This document shows, piece after piece, positions 40,743-53,250 of a stretch of DNA of 64,000 nucleotides (positions are counted from its first letter, which is position 1; each line of letters begins with the position of its first letter). A model generated the notes under the pieces. It searched no databases. It saw nothing but the letters and a program-made list of their open reading frames with translations, and was not told the origin of the DNA. The stretch lies in NCBI RefSeq assembly GCF_006345805.1, contig NC_042998.1, forward strand, positions 138,694,001 to 138,758,000, read 5' to 3'. The position numbers and the translations under genes were made by a program. The stretch comes from Octopus sinensis. Lineage: Eukaryota.

Positions 40743-41856
40743 CAACCACACAGTCTTTTTTAATATCATTAACATTATAAGTGAAGCAAATTGATTTCAA
40801 GCGAGAATAAAAACGGAGCCTCGGCTCAGCGGAAATATATATTGTATTTACTCGAGTACAATGCAAACTCGAATATAAAGTAACCTCCACTTTTTTGTAT
40901 CTGAAGCTCATTAATATATTTTATTCTCTTATCTCTTTGTTAAATACCTTTGAGTATAATTCTACCATTTAATTTTGAAATATTTTCGCATTATACAAAG
41001 GTAAATGTGGTATGTTGCACTTTAGGGCTTCCTTCTGATTTTCATCAATATTTCTAAATTATTTAAGTGGCATATGTTAAATAGGATGAATCCACTTTAC
41101 ATTTCAGTCAGGATTCCCGGTTAACAAATTTTATTTCACTTACATTGGTAAAGTCACTGAGAAAGACGGATATCGTAACTTACCATTCGCTTCACCTACA
41201 ATAATGAGTTACATTCTTAGTAAAATAAACTAATATTTCTACCGAGAGACTAGAAAGTATACAGAGATTACTTACATAAGATAATGAAGAATTACTATTT
41301 TTTTTCGGTAATTCGGAGACAAAAGTGCTTTACTCTCTCCTCTGAAAGATAAATGCCTGAAAACTTTATTGTATATTATGCGGGAGTATCAGCAATTAAA
41401 GACCCAATCTGGGTACATCTCAGAACACAAATTCAAAAGATGCCTGCACCATATCATTCCATCACTATCACATGGAAATTAATCTTCAAATATATCTGAA
41501 GTTAAAAGGTAAATGAATAATCACAGGTATTGGTTAGTAAATTATAGATAAAGCAGCTGCTATTCCACTCCAGCTCTAGACAAAGTATAGAAAAGCTATT
41601 CAAATTCCTTCTCCTGGTACATGAGAGATAATGTATGACATCATATACCACATGACTAGCCAAAAATGATGGGTAACATTTAAACCATTTAAACATTATT
41701 CATAATTTCTCAGTCTGTGCAGTACAGCAGAGTGTAAGGTTGATTATACAAAAGCTTAGATTTATCATCCTGTTTACCAAACACCGCAGACACACACGCA
41801 CATGCACACACACGCACGCACACGTTCACCCACACCCACCCACATACATGTACTCT

Positions 41857-41911
<55 letters not shown>

Positions 41912-42309
41912 CCCCCCCTCTCTATATTTATACACACACATGTATATACTTACGCTAATATCTATTATTTGCTGACAGAGCGATGATGTTTCCGAGAATA
42001 CCACGCTGAAATTTGACGAGGAACTTCAGTTTCACAACACGAGGAACGATAACAGAAACATCACTAATGAAGAATTAGAGGTTCGTTTATGTCTTTTTTC
42101 TTTGTACTTTTCTCTGTACTTTTTCTGGGACTTTTTCAGATACAATATGAAATTTTGAGATTGGGTAATGGTAGCATAAACATAAACAATATTCCAGTGT
42201 GCCAGGTTTCTCACAAAGTCTATATAAGTACACAGATACACACATACATTCATGCCTGCAAGTTTAAAATTCTTACATGCATTCGTACATACATACATAC
42301 ATACATACA

Positions 42310-42341
<32 letters not shown>

Positions 42342-42371
42342 CATACATACATACATACATACATACATCAG

Positions 42372-42800
42372 ATGAAAGGAATAGTCTATATAAACAGAAG
42401 ACTATGCATGAACAAGTCAGTAGAAAGCTCCGTGATGATAGTAACATCGATCATCAAAACAGTTTATCATGGACCAATAGCCGGATTACTACCTCCCACT
42501 TTGAAGGGTAAGCATTTGCAATCCAAGAACAGGAAATATTAACCAAGTACATGCTGCATAAAAGGGATAGAGATGCAGGAAAATCCGTAAAATGTGACAA
42601 CCGATGTAGACTTTGTGGAGTTCACACTGAAGATATCACCCACATCATAAGCAGTTGTCCGAAAATGTCATCACGGTATAATCTACCGATGAGACATTAC
42701 GTTGTAGCTAGGACACTCTATAATGAAATCCCTCGGAAGGATAATCCCGAGGACAAAGAAGTAAGAACCCACAATATGGTAGAAGCCATAGCCTATTTAC
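42372..42800 (+). mobile_element. R4/Dong-like LINE internal fragment
   Basis: K.MH.Q..RKL; CDNRCRLCGVHTEDITHIISSCPKMSSRY..MRH zinc-knuckle/RH motif. Confidence 0.8.
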
Positions 42801-43574
42801 AACTAAATATACTGATGCATACGGGAATATCTTCTAAGTTATAAGCGTATTGCTAAACTTGCATTTTTAATTTGAACTGTAGACCATTCGGTTGGCAGTC
42901 TTTTAGTCTATTAGCTGTAGTTTTTCATCAACGATTGTACGGCTTAAATGTAACTCCGATATAGTAACTTGCTAACAGTCATACGTTATTACTTCCCTCC
43001 CATTCAATGTAGTATTTACTTAACTTACTATTCTGTTATGTACATGAACTATTGTGTATTTTTTATTTTTTTTACAGGGATGTAATATTATCTGTTTGCT
43101 CTAATTTGAGTCATTACCCAGAATGTTTTGTGATGATTATAGCTTTAAAATATTTACTTACACATAGTTTCTTTGACATATATGTCATACAAATATACGA
43201 TATGACACAAGCAGTTGGGACAGCAAGCTGGCAGAATCGTTAACCGGAAAAGTGCTTAGCGGCATTTCTTCCGGCTCTTTATGCTCCGAGTTCAAATCCC
43301 GACTTTTGGAGGTCGATAAAATAAATCGATAAAATACGCACACCTTGTGCACTGGGACCGGTGTGATCGACTAACCCCTTCACATATACTTCAGGACTTC
43401 ATAGTAAAAAAGGCATTACATAAGCACTTTGTTGAAACTTTTATTGGTAATACATATATCTTTTGCTCAGTTTGACGACGTAACTGTTATGTGTAACCAT
43501 AACAAATCATAATAAAACATTTGGTTTGACTAAAATATATTTATAGTGAAGACTATCTATGAATACTAAATACA

Positions 43575-44230
43575 AAGTGCATTCCAGAAGTTTTTAGACC
43601 TTTTCAGGAAAGTCATTACTTTCAAAGTACAAAACACTTATCTCTTTCAAATTAGCATTCTCTGATTCAACGCACTTGTAGTGTTGCAGCCACTTCGTGA
43701 AGCCCCCATGAAAGCTCTCCAAAGTGAAGGTGTCCAGAACCCTTGTCACAGATCCCTTCATCTTGAAAACAACTGCCTGGGGGTTCTCCTTTAGTTTGGG
43801 GGACAACCAAAAACCACAGGGAGCAGGGTCTGGATTGTAGAGAGAGGGTGAGGGACAGTTTTGATGTCTATCTCTATCAAGTAGTTGGTTACCAGAATGC
43901 TCGTGACTGAACTCCTTAGGAACACACTTTGCATAAATTTTGCGCATGATCAGATTTTTCATGAATAATTGTGTAAAGTTGCCACACCAATGCCAAACTG
44001 AATGCTTATTGTCTTTATAGACACGACGTCTTCATCCAGAAAATTGCAAATTTTCTCAACCAGCTCTGATGTCCTGACGTCCCTTTCCCTCCCATACCTC
44101 TCATCGTCTCTCACCTCCTATCATCCTTGAACCGCTTGTGCTAGCGAAAAAGTTTATCAATAAATAGTCTGGAACATTTTATAAGTTTCTGTACCATTTT
44201 TGCTCAGTTAAATACAACACTTTATTACAT
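43575..44230 (-). mobile_element. Internally deleted mariner relic
   Basis: NLIMRKIYAKCVPK and PSLYNPDPAPCGFWLSPKLKE motifs. Confidence 0.7.
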
Positions 44231-44520
44231 AGCGAGCTTCCAAACATCTCGACTGCATTGTATAAACTAGTCAATGGTGACAAGCAGTGTTTTGCAGGAT
44301 GTGTTTAAGGTGCTGGTACACATGTCTCCTTCAATCTAAAATAACAAAAATAGGCAGATCAGCTCATTAGGTGAATAGTAATGATATAATAAAATTACAA
44401 TAATCTACGATAGTTATAACTTGCTCTCCTAATGAGAAAGTCTGAGAATCTCTTGAATGCAGTCGTTGCTGCTAAATTGATTCCAACAATATCATTCCTT
44501 TGTTTCACTTATTGGGCCGA

Positions 44521-44664
44521 CGCCATGCTGGGGCGCCGCCATGCTGGGGCGCCGCCATGCTGGGGCGCCGCCATGCTGGGGCGCCGCCATGCTGGGGCGC
44601 CGCCATGCTGGGGCGCCGCCATGCTGGGGCGCCGCCATGCTGGGGCGCCGCCATGTTGGGGCAC
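44521..44664. repeat. GC-rich 16-bp tandem array
   Basis: cgccatgctggggcgc x8 perfect plus one variant unit, embedded in a SINE-A-type tail. Confidence 0.95.
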
Positions 44665-44824
44665 CGTCTCAAGGGGTTTAATCAATCAAATCGACGCTGT
44701 TATTTTTTTTCAGGGTCTTGTATTTACTCCATCCACTTTTTTGCTGAAACGCTAAGTTACGAGAAATTAAGCAAACTAACACTGGTAGACAAGCAGTGAG
44801 TGATATATACTATCACAAAGACAA

Positions 44825-44906
<82 letters not shown>

Positions 44907-45195
44907 ACGCACACGCACGCAAATACGTGCATGGACGCACGACACACCTAAATATAATCAATCAAATGTATCAATAAAAGTACTTGTATAAATACTGCAA
45001 ATGCATTGTCAGGTGTTTTATAAGGTGAAATCTCCGACTGTCAAATTTTTCAAAGTCTTGGATAATATTCTTTGATCATTCTCTCTTTGATCTGTATGAC
45101 ACTCACCATTCTATCTGTGATCGCAACACTTATTCGTTTCCTTTCATTGGACATAAAATACTAATTAAGATTATTGTAATTGTTTATTATTTCAG

Positions 45196-45414
45196 AGTAT
45201 TGCACGATTAATGGTTCCATCTTTGGACCGGTATATAAAGGAATTTGAAATTGTAAGGAATATCGAACAGGAATCTCGATGCATACCCATCTATGGAAAA
45301 ACAGCGGATTGTTTTGCCAAACTCTGTCGTCGTTCTGGAAGTATAAATGTCGCTTACTGCTGTTTGGAAAGTACTATAAGAAAGCTCAAGAAAATAAAAG
45401 CATTTTTACACAAG
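45196..45414 (+). CDS. Putative helical cytokine, exon 3
   Basis: tgtttattatttcag| acceptor and aag|gtaact donor, phase 0-0; SIARLMVPSLDRYIKEFEIVRNIEQESRCIPIYGKTADCFAKLCRRSGSINVAYCCLESTIRKLKKIKAFLHK. Confidence 0.85.
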
Positions 45415-48211
45415 GTAACTATGAAATTATTTCATTATATGCTTTACTATTGAATCTTCTCTTTGTTATTTCCAGCCGGTTGTTTAAATAAGTGGCCTTC
45501 TAAATTGGCCGTGCAACAGTTTATCAGGAAAGTCTTTGATGACAAACCGAACAAATAATTCGAATCTGAGTTGTCCTCGCTCTCATTACTATATCAGATC
45601 CTGTTTATGAAGAACTCTTTCTGCAGCATAAACTTGCAAATCACACTAGAATATCTTCATTTGCATCTATACACAAAGTTCCGAGTGCATAGATCTAAAT
45701 TTAACACTTAAAAGAGAAAAAGTCTTGACATTTAGGATGTTAGGCGTTCATAAGAAAAAGAAGAAAATAAAGAACGGAAAAATAGAGAATGAGGAAAGTT
45801 GTTGGGAAAGACAGAAAAGTTTAGGAGCCAGGTGGGTATGCGGTCCTATAGGAGGGGAATTAGAAGAGGAGGAGGAATGGTTGCTATGTATGTATATATA
45901 TATACACAAACACATACACCCCCGCCCCCCCACATACACCCAAAGTGTGTGCATCTATGTATGTATCACACATAAACGATGTCTCCTCCGCTTTATTGGA
46001 GAAAAATATAAACACTTTGATCTCTGGCAACGCAACGATCATGCTTTTCTTTGTAGTTGTATGCAAGTGTTAAGCTGTTTATCGCAAAAGTTAAGTTAAT
46101 CACGCTGTCCTCATTATGTCATTGTCCTTCAAATCCCAGTAAACCACCACCACCATCATCAATACCACCACCACCACCACCACCACCACATCACTACCAC
46201 TGTTGTCTCTACCGAGAGGTTTGTGTATGCATGCTGTTGCTATCTTCGATGCTTGGATACAACTGAATAATCGATTTTAAATTCTTTACAGACGCACTGA
46301 ATTAATAAGTGGCGCCATAAAATTCAAAGACATAATGTTTGTTTCCTTATTCAGTCATTAGAAATTTTCTCATGTAAACAATGCAACACATCTTATAACT
46401 TGCCCTCAAAATAAATGAGAGGGTCACGAGTGTAGTGCCTTTTGTTAACGGTCAGAGCTGACCTAGATCTAAACAACAAAACCCACAGTGATAATTGAAT
46501 CTCCCTTAATAAAAAAAGGACATTTTAGATAATGCGGACTGATGAACATTCTACCTAAAAACATACAGAATATTAATGACTAGAATACTTTTAATCATAT
46601 GACTGCTTGATCAAGGCTAACCTTGAGTTAAAAAAAAACAAAAAACAAAACAAAACCAATCTTTAAAAATATCGATCTTGCCTTTATTCAAATTCAGAAC
46701 ACGGGACATGACTCCTACGAGATATGAGGTTGAATGATTTGAGGCTGAATGATTTGAGATTGAATGATTTTCGTAAGCTTTTCAAGAATATTATCGACGT
46801 AAATGAAGAGAAATATCGGGGTATAACGTAGACTGAGGCGGAAACGCTGTGTAGAGTAGTACTTTCCTTGAGGGATGTGCAATATATATCGTTTCCTCAG
46901 ATACTGGTTCTTACACTCCTTGGGGTTCAGTCACGTTCAGAGAAAGGCTTGAACCGCTGGTTTTATAGCAAGACCATCCCAGCTAAAATATTTACGAGGA
47001 AAACCTGTCCCCACTGATCAGGAAACAAGCTCTCCTAAGTCCCCAACTGTAGAACAAGTGACGAGTGGATGAAGACATGATTTCAACTGATGAACTAGCA
47101 GAAGAAGGCAATGTTAGATAGATTGGATATAAAAACGCAGCTCAAGCAATACCTGGGTTGACGGCAGTCCGTTGTTTCGTTGCCTAATCCTGCATGCCAT
47201 ATTTCACATTTGCCACTGAGAGAATGTGGACTAATGAACATTCTATCTAAAAAACATACGGAATGGTAATGACTAGAATACTTTTGTTTATAGGATCAAG
47301 AGTATTCTAATTATTACTATTCCTGACAAATCGGAATCCACCCTAATCAAAAATCCGCCACCGGCATTTCTTCACTAAAGAACGAAATACTGGGAAACGA
47401 AAGGCCGATGTATATGGAATGGAAAAGTTTTCTTACATACTAAAAGACATTCAAAGATTTCATAAATACTTTTTGGTATAGGGAACAAAAATTTTCTATC
47501 ATTTACTCATTTCTTAAGGGCATTATTGACCAGAATAGAACGAACGCCTTCAGCTGGGAAACCACTTGAAGACATCGTGGAATTAGTTGAATACAGAAGA
47601 GATAAAACAGCTTTTCTCTCTGTGGGAACATGACATAGTGAGATGTATCAACTATCCAAAAAATATATAAATCATCAATAAATTAAAATTCCGAACGTAG
47701 CGCTTATTGCAGTATAATTTATGCAAACAATATTCAAAAATAAATTAAAGGTTTGAAAACTTTCTTGCATGTCACATTAGTTTTTGCGGAATCAACCACC
47801 AAAATAATTTCCCATTTTCTTTTCGTTTCATTTTCTTGTGAAACTCAAATAAGAACCACCACTCGTGTTTAGATTCATTGATCAAGGGCTAGCTTTGACG
47901 GAAGGGACACAATCAGGTTGAGACATCAATGCTTCAATGTCCTCTTACGTCAATGAATCCTGTGTGTTGTCAACATACATCGTCTGAAAAGAGAAGTATT
48001 CTCTGAAGGCGAAATACAACAGCAATTTTTATATTCACGTTCAAATCTGCCTGCACATATTAAGAATGAATATGTACATCCTCGTTTTGATTCTCACTGT
48101 TTTACGTACATGTTATAATTAATCATCTGTTCATTATATTCCTGCAGAAACTCCAGTCTCAATGAGACATGGGTTGGAAATTCGCCTAACATATTAACTT
48201 TTTTTTTTCAG

Positions 48212-48364
48212 CTGTTTATAACACTTCGAAAGGATGTCAGACACAATTTGAGGAACAATATAACTCAATTTTCGCTCCAGGAACAAGAGGAATTCACAAT
48301 GACTATCCTTCGCAGAACTTCCATGCAACTAGACTACATACAGAATACATTGAAAAAGCTTTAA
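48212..48364 (+). CDS. Putative helical cytokine, terminal exon (helix D)
   Basis: Branch-like cctaac, then t10-cag| acceptor, phase 0; LFITLRKDVRHNLRNNITQFSLQEQEEFTMTILRRTSMQLDYIQNTLKKL*. Confidence 0.82.
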   Translation: MFITLRKDVRHNLRNNITQFSLQEQEEFTMTILRRTSMQLDYIQNTLKKL

Positions 48365-49049
48365 AAATAGTTTAGGAAACATTTTCCTTTCACCGAATCA
48401 TTTCATAGGTCTTCTCGGTATATTTATTGTGATTTCATTTAGTTCTGTTCAGAACCATATCTTTATAGAAGAGAAAATGCGATGTTTTGACGTCCAAGTC
48501 TTACCATGAGTATGATCAGCTTATCTTTTATTTTTTTGTCTTCTGTCTTTTACTTGTAGCAGACATTGGATTGTAGCCAAACTGAAGTATCACCTTAAAG
48601 GTTTAGTTGAACAAATTGATCCCTGTAGATAGTTTAAGTGTGGTACCTATTCTTTAAATTAAGTACTTATTCTATCGATATCTTATCCAGAACCGCTAAG
48701 TAAATATTTAGCTAAGTAAATATTTAGCTGACGGGATTCAGTTGTAGCGACGTTCTGCGTTCAAAACATGCAACATTTGACTTCCCTTTCCACTTTTACC
48801 CACTAGGAACGATAAAATATGTACCAGTAATATACTGCAACTAAATCTCTCTTATGCAAATTTATTACCTTGCTGAAGTTACACATAAAGACAAGTATTA
48901 TTTTTTTAATCTGCATAGATTTATTTAAATATATAAAAAACATCACTTGTAAATCATACACATAGACACACGCACATATACGTATGTATGTGTATATATA
49001 CATACAAACATGTGTGCGTGTGTGTACATATATATACACATATATGTAT

Positions 49050-49081
<32 letters not shown>

Positions 49082-50167
49082 ACACACGCGCGCGCACACA
49101 CACACTCAGACACAGCACTTTCAGAAGCGATGAGTGTTCTTAAAAACAGTGGTTAGGTTGTCCTCAGTTTCTTTGCTCTCAATTTTTTTTGCTGCTGAAG
49201 TAATTTTCTTTGAAGAAGAGCTGATTACTCGCTTATCAAAAATATCATGGAATCAACTCATGCGCAAAATCCATCTCTCTATAAACGTTGACCATATGCC
49301 TAATTCGAAGAAATCCAAAATTTTTACGATCTACTTTTATAATTATCCCGAAAATATTTTTTTGAAAAATTATTTATTGGAGTATGTTTATGTGTAAGTT
49401 TGTATGAGATTTTATGTATACAAAAATGTATGCATGCATGTATGTATGTATGTATGTATGTATGTATGTATGTATGTATGTATGTATGTATGTATGTCTG
49501 TCTGTCTGTCTGTATGTATGTATGTATGTATGTATGTATGTATGTATGTATGTATATATATATATATATATATATTTATTTATTCTACACACACACATAT
49601 ATACATATGTTCATACGTACAGTTCTGTATAACCATGCATGTATGAGAAAACTGTTTAAATGAGTATTTATTATTAAAATTGGATGCATGTTGTTAAGAA
49701 TCTGTGCAAGATGGTATACGCTATTTATTACACTGACTTTTTTGAAAAAAATATTCTCTTGGGTCAATAAATAAAAGGTCCATCGAATTTTCGGAAAAGT
49801 ATTAGTTATAAGGAGAAATAAGATCGGTTCTAGTTATAGTCTCGGCGGTACTTCCAGAAATACCTTGTCAAATCTTACAAAATAGATGTAAAATCTCAAT
49901 CATACTGGCCATGACATCTGACCTGAAATGTGTCACCATTAATGTTACCGCTCATGACACCAATTTAAAATTGTGTGATCTGAGCCAGAGACTATTGATT
50001 TGTATTCAGGAACCAAACAAAACGGGTGATATGATATGAACTGAAAGATCTGCGAGTACAAATCTCATTCAGAGTAATTTGTGATTCACTTTCTTAATGC
50101 TAATACTTGTCTAGAAAATTCAAATAATCATAAAAATCATATAGACACCTATAGGATGTCTTAGAAT

Positions 50168-50269
50168 ATTTATTTGTATAGTTATACACGCCCACGTATT
50201 TATTTATTTATTCATTTATTTATTTATTTATATTTGTTACATTATAATATTTTGACTTTGGAATATTTA
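50168..50269 (+). promoter_or_regulatory. AU-rich element cluster (candidate 3' UTR)
   Basis: Seven overlapping ATTTA pentamers at 50198-50230, plus copies at 50168 and 50265. Confidence 0.45.
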
Positions 50270-50306
50270 TCATTTGTAATACTAACTTTTGTTTTTAACG
50301 TTGATA

Positions 50307-50312
50307 AATAAA
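50307..50312 (+). terminator. Candidate polyadenylation signal
   Basis: AATAAA followed by U/GU-rich sequence; an earlier AATAAA lies near 49767. Confidence 0.45.
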
Positions 50313-50487
50313 GATTGTAAATATTTTCCCGTTGTCAAGATTTTTTTTACCTAGATCTTTATCGATACTTTATCGATACTTTATCGATCTTTATCGAACT
50401 GTTTTATAATAAATGTATTTCGTCATCCGGTGTATGCAATTGAGGTAGTATTAAGTTATAACAGTCATCTATGTATCATAATATGTA

Positions 50488-51799
50488 CGAAGTGCTATCA
50501 AAACGCTCCCGGACTAGTTCTGTTGTGCATAAAAGAGTGCAGTACACGGCTGCGTGCGCAGTGAGAACTAGCAGTGACCTTCACGAGGCAGTGTATCAAG
50601 TGTCATGGCTATGTTTACTTCGCAAGTTGTGAAATTTGCTTTTTGTGATAGCGCGTATGCTGTAGTCTGCGATTTTGTCCTGGACAGGAAGTTGGAACAA
50701 AGAGTCAACGTGGAATTTTACGTTACACTTGGGAAGTCTGCTGCAAAGACATTGAAAGGCTTCGACAAGCATATGGCGACGAGGCAATTGGTCGTACGCA
50801 ATGTTTCGAGTGGCATGGGTGCTTCAAAATGGAAGAACCTCCCTGGAAGACGATGGGCAATCTGGAAGACCTGCCACGAGCGTCACCCTGGAAATGTGGA
50901 GAAAATTCGTCAGCTTTTGCATGAAAATCACTGGAGGACAATCAACGACATCGCCAATGTTGTTGGTCTGTTGTATTGGTTCGTGTAGGCAATCCTAACG
51001 GCTGAATTGAACATACAGTGTGTCTCTGCCAAGTCCCCCCCCCCGCCTGCTAACCACTGAGCGGAAAGAACATCGCATCGAAGTCAGTCAAGATCTCCGC
51101 CAGCGTACCACATAAAGGATGACCCATTCTTTATGTCAATGATCATCACCAATGAGAGTTGGGTCTTTGGGTACGACCCTGACACGAAGCAGCAGTTGTC
51201 ACAGTGGATGAGCCCATCTTCAGGACCGAAGAAAGCACGACAGAGCTGCAGCTTAATCGTGAACATGCTCATCGTTTTATTCGATATCCACAGTATTGTA
51301 CATCAAAAATTCTCCCCCCCCTGGGCCAAACCGTCAATCGAGGGTTCTACTGCGACGTTTTGAGGTGTTTGGGGGAGGACAATCGGCGAAAGTGGCCAGA
51401 GCTGTGGAGCGCGGGGTGTTGGATTTTTCACAGCGACAATGTACCCTGTCACCGAGCTCTTTTCACTCGTGAGTTTCTGGCCCAAAACAACATAGTATCA
51501 CTTCCACACCCACCCCATTCGACATATTTAGCACCTGCGGACTTCCATTTCTTCCCCAACATGAAAATGCAGCTCAAAGGTCACCGTTTTAACACCTTTG
51601 TCGAGATTCAGAGCGAATTGCAGAAAGTCCTCGACTAATTTCCGGAAAACGACTTCCTGACCGGATATGTGGCAGGAATGTTGGGACCGGTGTACTGCTG
51701 TGCAAGGTGACTATTTCGAAGATGATGTTAAAACTTAGGCAAATAAATTATTTTTTTTATTAAACATAACTAGTCTGGGAACTCTTTGATACAACCTCG
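50488..51799 (+). mobile_element. Full-length mariner with TIRs, transposase decayed
   Basis: ~32 bp TIRs flanked by TA; EQRVNVEF, SLEDD..SGRP, IITNESWVFGYDP, HSDN, HPPHS..LAPADF; frameshifts present. Confidence 0.92.
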
Positions 51800-52759
51800 T
51801 ATACACTGATGATAGGCCAGTTACTGCGTGTATGTCTCGAGATAGCATCTTTTATGGACTTGCTGAATGAAAAAACACAATGAATATGGAAGAGAGGGAC
51901 GAAAAACTACTCCAGCAGAAAAACCGACCCAGCAAGAACATCAACTGCTTTTCGGCCTTTTTTATATATCAATTGCCAATAACAGATTATTATTCCTCAG
52001 GGTGGCTATTCGTAACATCAATGAATATTTTATTCACAGTTACTTATATCGAAGGACAAATTCTCGTCCGAACATGTAGCTGGCTGCGAGTACGTACCGT
52101 GGAAAGATCCATCTGGTTTTGTCGTTGGCCGCTGCTTGGGTGAATTTTTCGCATCCCTCCAATGTTTATTGTGTTTTTTAAACAGCACATTCATATGAGA
52201 TGTTATCTCGGGATAAATAACACAGTAACTTTCGACATGTGTTGGGTTGTACTATTCATCCTTCTGATCACTGAATGCAACACGTCTATCGGGAAATCTC
52301 CGTCCGGGTGATGTTCCTGAGTTACCATCTCACCGCTGTACGCCAGTCCGTCACAACGTTACTTATTTATGGTTTAACGGACATTTAAGCTAAATGAAAT
52401 GTTTTGCTCAAGAATCCAATGCACAGAAGGTGTGGGAATCGAAACCATAATCTCGCGATCGTGAGTGAAACACCTTAAACAACTAACTCACGTGCATTCA
52501 CATAGATAGCTATTGTAAATTTAGCGATGCTTGAGTGTCTGCAATTCTTTTTAACTTTTCATAATCTCTGTAGCTAAGTGCTTTGGCTATTGAAGTTTGT
52601 TAGAATCTACTGGTGTTTTTCAGGCAGACTCATGCATGAAGATAGCTGGTCGGGCGCTAGGGTGGAACCCACTAATCCAGTACACCGAGTAACTGAGAGA
52701 AGTCTATTTAAATGCCTGTTTGTTTTCTATGTGTGGAATTGAACTCTTCATTACAACCT

Positions 52760-53250
52760 AACGATTATGCAATCCCATAACTTGCTGGATCGCAAAGGCA
52801 TCACTGAAAATTTTCAATTAACTTGCTGAGTCTGGAGTAACCCTGACCTTTGTAGGTCCCCCGAGACCGATGAGTTTGATCTCGTTAATGTTCGGTTTAA
52901 AGTGTTGCAGGTCAACATTGGCAGGGAACACATGACTGAAGAGAAGATTCCAGAGGGGAGATGTTCTTGTGAGGAAGGATTGGGGCAGTGGTTTGTGTGG
53001 GACTGACGGTTAGATGCAATAAAGGTAGCGAGAGGCGGAGAGAAGAATGAGTCGGGATATCTGAGTGGCAGAAGTAAAAGACTATCTCCCAAGAATAAAA
53101 TCCACTATAATAGCGACAGAGCAAACGGAGAAAGACTCTTCTCTGAATGTAGTCAAGAATATCTGTGTATATAACAGCAAAACTGCCCAAATGTGGAAGC
53201 AGCACTCCATTGTGGGGCTTGTAAAATGTCCACAACTGTTGGTTCACCTG
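52760..53250 (-). mobile_element. CR1/L2-group LINE relic
   Basis: LDYIQRRV..LLCRYYSG..SWEI pattern; heavily decayed. Confidence 0.45.

Noticed and set aside
43078-43104. Strong acceptor ttttttttacag| in intron 2
   Set aside because: The phase-0 frame stops after 8 codons and no suitable donor was found.
44521-44664. 16-bp array as a CRISPR array
   Set aside because: No spacers, eukaryotic context, and the unit derives from a SINE tail.
48148-48165. Alternative acceptor cctgcag| giving KLQSQ* and a protein lacking helix D
   Set aside because: Possible but unsupported; the 48212 acceptor has the better pyrimidine tract and branch-like motif.
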